Assembly (NCBI GenBank): GCA_039819225.1
Contig: JBCBSN010000001.1
Coordinates: forward strand, 1,969-65,968
Origin: Bacteroidota bacterium
GTDB taxonomy: Bacteria; Bacteroidota; Bacteroidia; Flavobacteriales; Flavobacteriaceae
Reading direction: 5' to 3'
DNA length: 64,000 bases
Shown here: piece by piece, positions 1 to 9,563 of the stretch
Layout: the number at the start of each line of letters is the position of its first letter
How positions within the stretch are numbered: position 1 is the stretch's first letter
The notes under the pieces: generated by a model
Databases searched by the model: none
What the model saw: only the letters and a program-made list of their open reading frames with translations
Told to the model about the DNA's origin: nothing
Translations under genes and position numbers: made by a program

Positions 1-188
1 TTTGGGTCTAAAGAGGAAAGGATTACCCTAACAGATTTAAAAAGGCACCGTAAGAATGGCCCCAGATGATCCAACGGTAATGTTGATACAGACCATCCTT
101 TCCGGATTTTGCGAGGAGGTGATTTGGGGATGAATGGAAATCATGTTAATTTGGCTTTTCCTGATGTGGCCTATTATGTGCATTGCCA

Positions 189-1289
189 ATGAGAAAAGAT
201 CGCCTTTATTTTTATACTTTTTTGGCCATTATGGCCATATTTCTGGCCATAGCCGGTATTGCCTCGCACTATCTCCTTAAAGCAAGTGCGCAGATTTTGC
301 TTGAGGCCCAGTTGGAGTCTGGCAAACGTGAGGCGAAGACATTGGCCCACGTATTGGAACGCCAATTGGCGAACGGACAACCCCAGGCAACCGTTGTTGA
401 GCAGGTGCAGGAGGGCATTACGGGAACGGAAAGGGAAAATGGATATCTATCGCTTTTCGACTGGTCCGGGAAAGTGATCTGTCATCCGGATATTACCCAG
501 GTAGGGCAACCCGTAAGCCCTGACAAGTCTTTGGCGACCTCGGTCAATAATGTAATCCCCATAGCGGTTTTTCTGGACTTGTTAAAGGGTCACAACAAGC
601 AAGAGAATTCGGGTGGCACCTCGGAGATTATCTGCCTTTTTCCTATCAAGGATTCGGACTGGATTATTGCCGCCCATGCCAATATGGACAAATTGGACTC
701 CGAACTACAACACCTCCGTACATCGTTTTATACCATATTGGGATTCATGGGATTCTTTGTGGTCCTGGCCTCGGTAATCACGGTGCGTTTGATCGGGAGT
801 ACTTACGAAAAACGGTTGGAATCAAAAAACCGACAATTGGAGAGCGAGGTCATCAATTTGGCCAAACTGAACCTGGACCTGGACCGTTACCAGCAAAAAG
901 TCATTGAGGACAAACCCAAGGGGGAAGCCAAGGGTAACGGGGCAGAAAAAGGCAAAAAACGCATTCTTACCTATGTGCGCAATGAACTACTGTCTGTTCC
1001 CACAAAGGATATCGCCTATGTTTTCACGGAGACCAATATTACCTATGTCATCGATTTTGAGGGTAGGCGTTCCACGGCCAACGCCAGCTTGGACGAACTG
1101 CTCTCCGGTCTGGACGAGAGTTGTTTCTACCGGGCCAACCGTCAGTTTATCGTTGCCATCTCGGCTATTAAAAAGATTATCCGATACGGCAATAACCAGT
1201 TAAAGATAGTAGTGCGTCCCGATTCGGAAATGGACATTATTATCAGTAAGAACAAGGCCGCGGAGTTCAAGCAATGGCTTAATCTTTAA
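189..1289 (+). CDS. Membrane-anchored LytTR-family regulator (TM - Cache-like sensor - TM - coiled coil - LytTR DNA-binding domain)
   Basis: ORF track 183..1289 starts at TTG; the ATG at 189 is preferred. Two hydrophobic segments flank a GYLSLFDWSGKVICHPD Cache-type motif. The C-terminus has LytTR motifs (SLDEL, FYRANRQFIV, IIISKNKAAEFKQWL). No receiver or kinase domain. Confidence 0.85.
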   Translation: MRKDRLYFYTFLAIMAIFLAIAGIASHYLLKASAQILLEAQLESGKREAKTLAHVLERQLANGQPQATVVEQVQEGITGTERENGYLSLFDWSGKVICHPDITQVGQPVSPDKSLATSVNNVIPIAVFLDLLKGHNKQENSGGTSEIICLFPIKDSDWIIAAHANMDKLDSELQHLRTSFYTILGFMGFFVVLASVITVRLIGSTYEKRLESKNRQLESEVINLAKLNLDLDRYQQKVIEDKPKGEAKGNGAEKGKKRILTYVRNELLSVPTKDIAYVFTETNITYVIDFEGRRSTANASLDELLSGLDESCFYRANRQFIVAISAIKKIIRYGNNQLKIVVRPDSEMDIIISKNKAAEFKQWLNL

Positions 1290-1323
1290 AAAATCGCTAT
1301 AGCAATATTGCGTAACAAGAGTT

Positions 1324-2988
1324 CTAATTCTTGGGATTTTCGGCAAAAGACTCTAAAACGGGTATTTTCTCCGTAGCTTCCTTTGATTTTTGAAACCTTT
1401 CCAAATAGGTGTCCGAAGAAGTCCTGGATGTTTCTTTTTGCTTAAGATAGGTGCAGATTAGCAATCCAGAAACCCCTATAAAAATCCAAGTAACATCTAC
1501 CCCAAACACATAATACTGTCCGTCGGCCAAGGTTTTCCAGATCCAATCCCCCGTTACCGTTCCATTGACAATGGGGATAAGTAGCCCCAATACACTGCCT
1601 ATTACAATATAATTCCTGTTCAATTGGCGGTAATTGTTCCAAAATAGTCCCATTATCGTCAAGACTAACCAGCCCAAGAAAAATATGGTGTTTACATAGG
1701 ATACCCGGTCCGGCATATCCATGGGCACCAATTTGTTCCCTATAAAAATCAATGCCAACGCTGGGAACATGGATAAACAAATGGCCAAATACACTTTGGT
1801 GACCCGGTGGTGGAACCTTCGTTGCTTGTCCGTATATTTTGGGTTATCCCGTGCAGTTCTCCATATCATTACCCCGCTCAAGATAATGTAACAAGTAATC
1901 ATGGCCAGAATAAAATAAATGATTTTAAGGAATATCCCCCCAAAGGTGGCGTAATGTAGTTTTATAAGCACTCCCAGCGTTCCTTCGGAGTAGGATTTGG
2001 TTTCCGGTTCAATGGCGTTCAAAAGGCTTCCGTCTTTATGGCGGTATACGATGATGCCGTCTCCGCCTATCCCCAGAGCATCATCCAAGCGGGCACCAAT
2101 AGTACCGTCTTCCTTGCCAAAATGGGTACTATACAAATAGGTAACCTTGCTACTAGGGTATGTTTTCCGAAGTTTTGCATAGGTTTGGTTAAATCCCAGG
2201 CCGTTATTTACGGGTTTGGCCTCTTCGTCGTATGTATAAGCGGCATCGGGCCGTATGGTTTTGATGACTTCCGTAGTATCCCCATCGAACAATAAAAAAG
2301 CACTTGGGGCCAATAAGAGTATGGAGAGCCCTAAAAGTGCCCCGGTCACCGCATAGATAATTTGAAAGGGAAGCGTAATGACGCCCAAGGAAATATGGCC
2401 ATTGGTCCAAATCTGCTTCCATTTGCCTTTTGTGGTAAAGGCGTAGAATTTGTTGACAATGTTTTTCCAATGGGTCAATACCCCGGTGAATATGGCAAAT
2501 AAGAAGAAGAAAGCAGCCAAGCCGGAAAGATAGATACCTACTACCGGTATTTGGTGAAAATAGTGTAGCTCATAAATGGTACGGGCCATGTGGGTCTTGG
2601 GTTCCTTTCCGGAATCGATGGCATAGGTGATGGGGTTGATCATCGCTACAAAACGCTCCGTTTCCCCATCCTCCGTTTTTGTACTGCCATAAAATTGGAT
2701 CAAAGGCTTTTTGGCGGTAGGTGGCCGCATACCAAACTGTACCGAAGTGTCAAAATTAGGGAGATGCTCTTGCACCACTTTTACCAAACGATCATAATCC
2801 ACCTGGGCGGCATCTGCGGTTTCAATCCTGGCATCGGGGTTTTCCCATTGGTACAATTCGTTCATGAACAGGGCAACGGCCCCGGCATAAAAACAAATAA
2901 AAAGTGCAAAGCTGATTACGATTCCCGATACCGTATGGGTATGGAACATAATGTTGTGCAACCTTGGTTTTAGGGCCTTTAATTTCAT
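1324..2988 (-). CDS. PepSY-associated TM helix domain protein (iron-regulated membrane protein, FoxB/PiuB-like)
   Basis: Conserved His motifs FHTHTVSG, YELHY, GHISLG and KLHYATFGG; many TM helices with periplasmic PepSY-like loops. Confidence 0.9.
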   Translation of the reverse strand: MKLKALKPRLHNIMFHTHTVSGIVISFALFICFYAGAVALFMNELYQWENPDARIETADAAQVDYDRLVKVVQEHLPNFDTSVQFGMRPPTAKKPLIQFYGSTKTEDGETERFVAMINPITYAIDSGKEPKTHMARTIYELHYFHQIPVVGIYLSGLAAFFFLFAIFTGVLTHWKNIVNKFYAFTTKGKWKQIWTNGHISLGVITLPFQIIYAVTGALLGLSILLLAPSAFLLFDGDTTEVIKTIRPDAAYTYDEEAKPVNNGLGFNQTYAKLRKTYPSSKVTYLYSTHFGKEDGTIGARLDDALGIGGDGIIVYRHKDGSLLNAIEPETKSYSEGTLGVLIKLHYATFGGIFLKIIYFILAMITCYIILSGVMIWRTARDNPKYTDKQRRFHHRVTKVYLAICLSMFPALALIFIGNKLVPMDMPDRVSYVNTIFFLGWLVLTIMGLFWNNYRQLNRNYIVIGSVLGLLIPIVNGTVTGDWIWKTLADGQYYVFGVDVTWIFIGVSGLLICTYLKQKETSRTSSDTYLERFQKSKEATEKIPVLESFAENPKN

Positions 2989-2998
2989 AGTATCTCCC

Positions 2999-3280
2999 TT
3001 ATTTATTAAGAAAAATTACAACCCCAAAGACGACGATAACCAGCAAGTATGCGCCCCATACTTTCCATCCGTTCTTGGCCAGGAAAGCAATTACCATCAA
3101 TGCGCCCCATAGTAAAAAAGACGTATAGGCCGAAGTACTCAGTAGTGCTCCCTTTTCCTCAAGCAAGCTTCCCAAAGCATTGTGAAATAGAATGGTGAGG
3201 GCAAAACCGCCCAGGATACCGGCCGTAATCTTTAAAAGGCGTTGTCCGGGACTTGACAGGTATTTTGGGTTTGCAGGCAT
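2999..3280 (-). CDS. Small 3-TM membrane protein (DUF3649-like partner of PepSY-TM)
   Basis: 93 aa with three hydrophobic helices, 10 nt upstream of the PepSY gene. The family label is inferred from context. Confidence 0.65.
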   Translation of the reverse strand: MPANPKYLSSPGQRLLKITAGILGGFALTILFHNALGSLLEEKGALLSTSAYTSFLLWGALMVIAFLAKNGWKVWGAYLLVIVVFGVVIFLNK

Positions 3281-3282
3281 TT

Positions 3283-3645
3283 TTATAGTATTTGATCAAT
3301 AATGATAAGGCAAACACATATGGCCGTCATGGCATAGACATAATTCTTGTGAAGGGGTAGGACAATCAGTAACAAGCAATAACCCAGGCTAAGGGTAGTA
3401 AAGAATATGATAAACCCTGTTGCCCAACCAAATTGCCATCCGAACATTAGTAATGAGGCGGTCAAAAGAAAATACCCCAATAAATTGGCCATTTTTCTAT
3501 TGTCTTTTATACGTTTTCCTACCGAAGCAAGGTGTTCTGGAAAATATTTTGATTTCCCATAGAGCACAAAACAACCCAAGAAAAGCAGTACAATGGCCAT
3601 GATAATCAATTTAGGAACAGTACTCACCGTTGGAGGCAAAATCAT
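3283..3645 (-). CDS. Small membrane protein (DUF3325-like)
   Basis: The ORF track starts at TTG 3687, which overlaps a -7 promoter element, so ATG 3645 (or a later ATG) is preferred. About 4 TM segments, ending 2 nt before the next gene. Confidence 0.6.
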   Translation of the reverse strand: MILPPTVSTVPKLIIMAIVLLFLGCFVLYGKSKYFPEHLASVGKRIKDNRKMANLLGYFLLTASLLMFGWQFGWATGFIIFFTTLSLGYCLLLIVLPLHKNYVYAMTAICVCLIIIDQIL

Positions 3646-3684
3646 CCTTTTTTGCTTCAATCGGAATGGGAACGAGCCTTTGGA

Positions 3685-3719
3685 CAAATATAGTTTTAAT
3701 TTTTATTAATTCTAAATAA
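3685..3719 (-). promoter_or_regulatory. Bacteroidota -7 element (TATATTTG, 3685-3692) with adjacent Fur-like palindrome (3697-3719)
   Basis: The reverse complement of caaatata matches TAnnTTTG. taatttttattaattctaaataa matches TTATTTAGAATnATTCTAAATAA at 18/22 positions. Confidence 0.65.
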
Positions 3720-3745
3720 GAATTGAATATTTGGAAAAGACCTAT

Positions 3746-3770
3746 TGCCGCAATCCTGTACCGTGCGGCA
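3746..3770 (-). terminator. Possible terminator hairpin downstream of the Cys-rich ORF
   Basis: tgccgca / tgcggca 7-bp stem; weak U-tract on the minus strand. Confidence 0.35.
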
Positions 3771-3918
3771 GGGGTGTGTCCATGGATCATTGATAGAACT
3801 CAAGACGGGTTCATAATCAAACGGCCATTCGTTGTTTTTGACGTAGGGGAAAACAATTGAATTGGCCCAATTCCCAAAGCTACGTCAGCGGATTTGTGAA
3901 TTCAATAGGAATGTTGCT

Positions 3919-4275
3919 TCATTGCCTATGGGAACTTGGCTTAAGGCAATGTTCTTTTAGGGTGGTGTCCATGTTTAGAAGAAAGAGTGTTCCATTGATT
4001 AGGTCTTCCATCAAAAAAAGGATATGTTCGTCTACTTTTAGGCAAATATCCATAAGCGGGTTGGAGCACCATATTTTGTTGCATTGGTTGCCCCCGCATT
4101 CGGCACAGGTGCAGGGTTCATGGGATTTTAGGACTACATCCTTTAGTGACTCCAGATCGGCCTTTGACATAAACAGGCCTACAGAATCAATGACCAATTG
4201 TAGTTCACATACCGGGTTGGGACTGTTGCGGAGCCTGTAGGTAGCTCCGTAATCTTTTTCATAAATCAGTTCCAT
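3919..4275 (-). CDS. Cys-rich hypothetical cytoplasmic protein (possible distant DUF6686-like paralog)
   Basis: 118 aa with 8 Cys including CTCAECGGNQCNKIWC; no signal peptide; ATG start. Confidence 0.7.
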   Translation of the reverse strand: MELIYEKDYGATYRLRNSPNPVCELQLVIDSVGLFMSKADLESLKDVVLKSHEPCTCAECGGNQCNKIWCSNPLMDICLKVDEHILFLMEDLINGTLFLLNMDTTLKEHCLKPSSHRQ

Positions 4276-4315
4276 ACTTCACTAAATTTGGTTTGCGGAT
4301 TTAGGTATTTAAAAA

Positions 4316-4349
4316 GGGCCGGGCACCCTCGGATACGGATTCCCGGCCC
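4316..4349 (-). terminator. Rho-independent terminator of the TBDR-hmuY-doxX operon
   Basis: gggccggg (4316-4323) / cccggccc (4342-4349) stem followed by TTTTT on the minus strand. Confidence 0.75.
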
Positions 4350-4364
4350 CAAACTAACTCAAAC

Positions 4365-4811
4365 TCAAATCGGTTTTATCCAAAGCAAATGTTTCCACTT
4401 ATCCCGCTCTTTGAGTACCAAAGCTATATTAATGGCGAAAAAAGCTCCGGTCTGCAGTAGTTCTGCAGGTTCATCCCCTTCCAGAAAAAGATGGAACAAG
4501 AAGATGTGCAAGGTTATGGGTAGCAGGAAGACAGCCCCTACAAAGCCCGTATACTGTATCACCAATAATAACCCGAACAGCAATTCACAAATGCCCAGGA
4601 CCTGCCAAAAATAGCCGGTCTGTTTAGCACCGCTGATGTACAATATTTTTTGTAGGGTACTTTCTTTTGCGGGATCTGTGAACTTTTTCGCCTTTTCCAC
4701 TACTTCCGAAGGGGTGGGAACCGGTTGGCTAAACTTTTGAATGCCACCGTAGATCATAAACCCCCCAAGGATCAAACGTAGCACTACAAAAAGAATGTTT
4801 ACTGCTTTCAT
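4365..4811 (-). CDS. DoxX family membrane protein
   Basis: LRLILGGFMIYGGIQKF and GICELLFGLLL DoxX-type motifs; 4 TM helices. Confidence 0.8.
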   Translation of the reverse strand: MKAVNILFVVLRLILGGFMIYGGIQKFSQPVPTPSEVVEKAKKFTDPAKESTLQKILYISGAKQTGYFWQVLGICELLFGLLLVIQYTGFVGAVFLLPITLHIFLFHLFLEGDEPAELLQTGAFFAINIALVLKERDKWKHLLWIKPI

Positions 4812-4831
4812 TGCTGCAACTTTATGGTGTG

Positions 4832-6385
4832 TTATAGGCGCTCATACGTAAATTGCGGAAAGCCTCTTTCACCTTCGGAATTGGTAAAAGCGGTGAACAG
4901 TAGCTTGTAGTAGTTGCCATCCATGTCCTTCAAAACAAAGTATCTGTCATCCCTAACGGCGGCTACCCCGAATACACTTCGCCATCCACTGCCGATCACG
5001 GCCCTGTCGTTGTAAATAAAAGCGGATTCCTCCACATCGTCCCTGTTAAAATCGGTATAGCTTGGTACATCAAAGTTGGTGATATTGCCATCGCCATCCC
5101 TTTCATACGTGGTAACTTGGTACAATCCGGTACCACCTAAAGTGTTGTGAAGCACATAATCCGAAAAAGTCAATCCGGCTATAGTCGGGGGGCCTCCGAA
5201 ATTCCCAACACCGTAAAAGGAGAAGACCCCCGTAAAATTAAGGTCCCAGGAACCCTTTTCAGGTTCAACGTTTACACTTTGGCCTTCGGTTAAACTGAAA
5301 GCACTAAGATTAAAGCTGTCATTCTTTTCAATGGTGGCCTCGGAAAAGTTTTCGGTCTCGTTTAGGTCGGCATATTGAACGGTATAACTGTTTCCATCCG
5401 TAAGCACCCTAACTTTTAGGAAGCCCCGCTGATCACCGGTCGTGGAAATTGACCCAAGCTCAGCGGACTCAGTAGGGATTTCGTTCCCTAGGCTAACAAT
5501 ATACACGTTGTTTTGATCGGCGGTGGTAGAGACCGCTGCAAAAGCAGTGCCTTCCAACGTTCCCTCCCTGTTGTCCGTAAATACGAGATTTGTGGCTACG
5601 TTGCCGTACTGCGGATACGCTACGGGTAAACCTGCGACCAACTCACCAACGGTGGTAACAGTTACCGTTGCGGGTTGAAAAGCTTGATCAAAGGTGTTCA
5701 TTTTCAGGGCATTGGCAAGGTCGCTGTCTTCCGTGATGGAAAGTATATCCGTAATCCCCTCCAACTCCGCTGCAGCCACCAACAATGAGGGGTTTAAAAA
5801 TACCCTGTTTTCGGCCCCATTGTAAAAAGCGATTTCCCAGGTGTCTCTGCGAACCGCCGTTTGGGTGTTTGAGCTTAAATCTACATAGACTTGGTTAGGT
5901 TGATTGGAACCACCTTGTTCGGCATCAATGACACCACTAATTGCGGCAATGGGGGTAAAACTTACGGTAGACGACGAGGTAATACCATTGGACCAGTCGG
6001 TTTGATCATACCCGTTTAAGGCCAGCGAAACCGTTTTTGTGGTGCCTTCTATGGGGTCTTGCAATTTGGTAAAGGTAATGGTGGCACCAAGGTCGCCCAC
6101 CGCTACAGGTACGGCAATAGTGCCATTACCTCCCGTAGGAAGGGTAGAAAAGTCGGTGCCGTATTCTGCATTATTCCCGGTATATGCTACGGTTATGGTG
6201 CCGGACTCGGTGGCCGCCCTTGAGAAGGTCAAGCTAATTTCTTTATCGGTATCGGCCTCGGACAAACTTACGGTTTCACTACTGAACGATACGGTAAAAT
6301 CTATGAGATCTTCCCCATCATCATCGCCACAGGAAACCATGACGGAGAGAGACATAATCGCACTTAAAAAAAGGTACTTTTTCAT
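4832..6385 (-). CDS. hmuY: HmuY-family lipoprotein with N-terminal Ig/Calx-beta-like domain
   Basis: Lipobox VMVSC. HmuY-type motifs QVYVDLS..WEIAF, SWDLNF and YYKLLFTAF..GERGFPQFTYE. ATG at 6385 is preferred over TTG 6394. Confidence 0.8.
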   Translation of the reverse strand: MKKYLFLSAIMSLSVMVSCGDDDGEDLIDFTVSFSSETVSLSEADTDKEISLTFSRAATESGTITVAYTGNNAEYGTDFSTLPTGGNGTIAVPVAVGDLGATITFTKLQDPIEGTTKTVSLALNGYDQTDWSNGITSSSTVSFTPIAAISGVIDAEQGGSNQPNQVYVDLSSNTQTAVRRDTWEIAFYNGAENRVFLNPSLLVAAAELEGITDILSITEDSDLANALKMNTFDQAFQPATVTVTTVGELVAGLPVAYPQYGNVATNLVFTDNREGTLEGTAFAAVSTTADQNNVYIVSLGNEIPTESAELGSISTTGDQRGFLKVRVLTDGNSYTVQYADLNETENFSEATIEKNDSFNLSAFSLTEGQSVNVEPEKGSWDLNFTGVFSFYGVGNFGGPPTIAGLTFSDYVLHNTLGGTGLYQVTTYERDGDGNITNFDVPSYTDFNRDDVEESAFIYNDRAVIGSGWRSVFGVAAVRDDRYFVLKDMDGNYYKLLFTAFTNSEGERGFPQFTYERL

Positions 6386-6390
6386 AATGT

Positions 6391-8538
6391 TCAATTAAAA
6401 TTTAAGGTGTATAAGAGTTTTAGAAAATAGGATCTACCATTACCAAATAAACGGGCATCACCACCGGAGGCACCATGTGCACCTGCGGGGATGTCCGTTG
6501 CGTTTACGGTAACAATATCCAAGAGATTCCTGGCGCCCAGGGTAACATCAAAGTTTTTAAAGAAAGTTGTACGGATTGAGGCATCCAACCAAGTAAAGGC
6601 ATCTGTCTCGCCAATTTCGCGGCCATTGTTGCCCTCGAAAACATTGAGTGTCCTTCCCCTATGGTTCAACAAAGCGGACAGGGAGGTGTTTATTCTTGGA
6701 AAGCTATACAAAAGGGTAGACTGCAAATTGAAACTCCATAAATAACCGGAGTCGGCACCGTCTTCCAAGGCCGTATTGGTACTGATAAGGCTTGTGCCGA
6801 TGCCCGCCTGCCAATTATTGAAGTCAATTTTGTTGTTAAGGGTAAAGCCTAGTTTTTCTTCGAAATCAACGTTGTCAAAGGTGAACAGGATGCCATCGTC
6901 ATCTTCACTAACTATGCCCGTAATCTTGTTGTCTATATCGAAGTAGAACGAGCTCAAAGTTGATTTCAAGGGCCACTTGTCCCCAATCTTGAAGATATGG
7001 TCGTAGTTCAGAAAGATGGTTATTCCGTCTTCCGGTTGAAGGTTACGATTGCCCTTTACATTGTGATTGGCATCGACAAATTCTTGGAACAATTGGGAAA
7101 AATTTGGGGCTTTGAACGCAGAGGCCAGCGTAATTTTTAATTTGGAATCCTCCAAAAAATTATAAGTAGAAGAGAGTGACCAGAATAAGGCCTGTCCAAA
7201 CTGGGAATTGTTCACCGAACGAAGCCCTGGGAACAGGGACCATTGGTCGTTAAGGTTTAGATCGGCAGTGGCGAAGAAATCATAGTTTTCCAATGTTTCT
7301 TCCACGACATTGGTAGACTGGGCACCCGCCGCAATAGCATCAAATCCCTTTTGCCGGGTAAGCTCATACCCTAAAAGAAGGCCAAAAAACTCGGACTTGG
7401 GCATAATATTGGACACAAAGCCCCGGGAATACAAAATATCACTGGATTGGTCTATCCTGTCAATATTGAACGATTCGATGCCTTGTTGTAAAATGTTGTA
7501 GGTAAACGTTTGATAATTGCGTTCTTGGGTTTGGTAAGATAGCGATACGTTATACCGCGTTAATCCGCGTATGGGCCCCGAAATGTTAAAATTGTTCACC
7601 AATCGGTTAGTGTTGAACCTTGCGTCAGTCGCAGTAGGATTGGGCGTACCATCGGGATTGAGCCTACCATTTATGATACGATCATAGATGGTAAGTGTTT
7701 CATCAAAGTGTTGCAGTTTATAGAAAAGGCTGTGTTTTCCCATTTTGGCATGGACATTTCCAAAAAAGGTCAATTGTTCCTTGGGGTTCCATTCCGTGCC
7801 CCTTAAGGAATCGTTTATGACGATATTGTCTTGTAAATTGACATAATCCCGGCCCTGAAATTCATTATAAAAACCAGCGAAATCGTTTCTGGAAACACCG
7901 AGGGTATAGGATATGGCCGGACTTACTTGGTTGCTAACGTTAAAATTTTGGATATGCCTTCCCTGGTCGGAAAAAGAGAATTCACTGCCAACGGTCTCCT
8001 CTTGTAAAGCACTTTGTATCTTCCATTTGTAATCGCCCTCGATCCCCCTTTTTGTAATGATGTTGATCACCCCCGCCACTGCATTTTCACCATAAAGGAC
8101 TCCGGCCGCACCTTCTATGATCTCGATCCGCTCCGCATCCTCCAAGTTGATTTGCGTAATGTCAATATTATTGCCTATACCGTTATCACTGGCCACCGGA
8201 ATACCGTCGATCAGCACTTTAACATATTCCCCATCAAATCCGAACATACTTATGGTAGATCGTCCCGTTGCAGCGTCGGGCAGTATGGTAATGTTGAGGT
8301 TTTGGGTAAGTATATCCGCAAGGGTATTACCTGCCAATCGCTTAATTCCCTCCTGGTCGATCACATCTACATTGAACAGTTTTTTACTCAATGACATAAC
8401 CTGGCTTTCGCCTATAAGTATTACCTCCTGTAGTCTTTCCATAGGAATGGAATCATTTTCCATGGGAGTTTCCTGGCTAAGAATACTAGCCCCCAGAAAT
8501 CCGGTAAAAATGATGCCCAAAACCCTATTTAGATTCAT
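6391..8538 (-). CDS. TonB-dependent receptor, heme/iron type (HmuR-like)
   Basis: Plug motifs VLIDGIPV and ERIEIIEGAAGVLYGENAVAGVINIITK; C-terminal GRSYFLKLLYTLNFN; directly upstream of the HmuY-family gene. Confidence 0.9.
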   Translation of the reverse strand: MNLNRVLGIIFTGFLGASILSQETPMENDSIPMERLQEVILIGESQVMSLSKKLFNVDVIDQEGIKRLAGNTLADILTQNLNITILPDAATGRSTISMFGFDGEYVKVLIDGIPVASDNGIGNNIDITQINLEDAERIEIIEGAAGVLYGENAVAGVINIITKRGIEGDYKWKIQSALQEETVGSEFSFSDQGRHIQNFNVSNQVSPAISYTLGVSRNDFAGFYNEFQGRDYVNLQDNIVINDSLRGTEWNPKEQLTFFGNVHAKMGKHSLFYKLQHFDETLTIYDRIINGRLNPDGTPNPTATDARFNTNRLVNNFNISGPIRGLTRYNVSLSYQTQERNYQTFTYNILQQGIESFNIDRIDQSSDILYSRGFVSNIMPKSEFFGLLLGYELTRQKGFDAIAAGAQSTNVVEETLENYDFFATADLNLNDQWSLFPGLRSVNNSQFGQALFWSLSSTYNFLEDSKLKITLASAFKAPNFSQLFQEFVDANHNVKGNRNLQPEDGITIFLNYDHIFKIGDKWPLKSTLSSFYFDIDNKITGIVSEDDDGILFTFDNVDFEEKLGFTLNNKIDFNNWQAGIGTSLISTNTALEDGADSGYLWSFNLQSTLLYSFPRINTSLSALLNHRGRTLNVFEGNNGREIGETDAFTWLDASIRTTFFKNFDVTLGARNLLDIVTVNATDIPAGAHGASGGDARLFGNGRSYFLKLLYTLNFN

Positions 8539-8605
8539 TCTTTATAATTGTTCGGACAAATATATATTTTATTTTTAATGAATCTAAATAAAAATATTAT
8601 TTTTG
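8525..8605. promoter_or_regulatory. Divergent promoter region with two Fur-like palindromes (8525-8547, 8569-8591) and two -7 elements (8557-8564 minus, 8598-8605 plus)
   Basis: ctatttagattcattctttataa (18/22) and ttatttttaatgaatctaaataa (19/22) against TTATTTAGAATnATTCTAAATAA; TATATTTG and TATTTTTG match TAnnTTTG. Confidence 0.7.
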
Positions 8606-8639
8606 GCGAAACAATAGATATCAATTAAAACCCACGATT

Positions 8640-9563
8640 ATGAAAAATGTAATCCCTTTAGTACTCTTCTTCATATTTGCCTTTTCGGTCATGGCCCAGG
8701 AAGGTAAAAAGCAACAGGACATTGCTGCCATAAAGGCAATGTGCGGCTGTTACGAGGTAAAGTTCAAGTACACGGAAACCTTTGCCCCGGAAATCGATTA
8801 TGAAAAGCACCATGACTATACGGCCGCCGCTTTGGAATGGGCCCAACTTGTAGAGGACAAAAACAACAAACTGTCCATACAGCATATTCTGGTGGTCAAT
8901 GATACCATGGTGGTGAAGCATTGGCGACAGGATTGGGAATATGAGAATCAAAACGTTTTTCATTATGATAAGGACAATGCCTGGAACTTTAAAAAACTCC
9001 CGGCGCAAGACGTAAAGGGACAATGGACCCAAAAAGTTTTTCAGGTAGACGATAGCCCGCGCTATTCTGGATCGGCCACGTGGATACATGCAGATGGCAA
9101 GCATTATTGGGAGAATAGGACGAATGCTCCTTTGCCCAGGAGGGAGTACACCAAAAGAAAGGACTACAATGTTATGCTGCGCGGCAACCGCCAGGAAATC
9201 ACCGATTATGGTTGGGTGCACGAACAGGACAACGATAAGATACTTAGGCAAGATGGTGAAGAAGATGTTTTATTGGCCCAGGAAAAAGGCTATAACATCT
9301 ACACGAAGGTGGCCGACCAGAAATGTAAGCTAGCCCAGGATTGGTGGGTAGCCAATCATAAGTTCTGGGGCAAAGTCCGTGACTCTTGGAGCAAAGTCTA
9401 CAGCAGGGAAGGAAAACTTATGCTGAACAAAGTGGTTGATGGCCAACCTTTGTTCATGCATTTTTATCCGTTGGAAAAGGAAAAGGCCAAAACAAAGGAG
9501 ATTGCCCGGATTATTCAAAAATTTGTTGTAGACACACCGGAAAAGGATGCGCAGGGCAAGTAA
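8640..9563 (+). CDS. Secreted/periplasmic protein, DUF6607-like
   Basis: Signal peptide (AFSVMA-Q); DIAAIKAMCGCYEV, HWRQDWEYE and PLPRRE motifs that I recognise from a family of iron-locus proteins. Confidence 0.7.
   Translation: MKNVIPLVLFFIFAFSVMAQEGKKQQDIAAIKAMCGCYEVKFKYTETFAPEIDYEKHHDYTAAALEWAQLVEDKNNKLSIQHILVVNDTMVVKHWRQDWEYENQNVFHYDKDNAWNFKKLPAQDVKGQWTQKVFQVDDSPRYSGSATWIHADGKHYWENRTNAPLPRREYTKRKDYNVMLRGNRQEITDYGWVHEQDNDKILRQDGEEDVLLAQEKGYNIYTKVADQKCKLAQDWWVANHKFWGKVRDSWSKVYSREGKLMLNKVVDGQPLFMHFYPLEKEKAKTKEIARIIQKFVVDTPEKDAQGK

Noticed and set aside
1-54. Open frame FGSKEERDYPNRFKKAP* at the window start
   Set aside because: Probably the tail of an upstream gene, but 17 codons are too few to identify.
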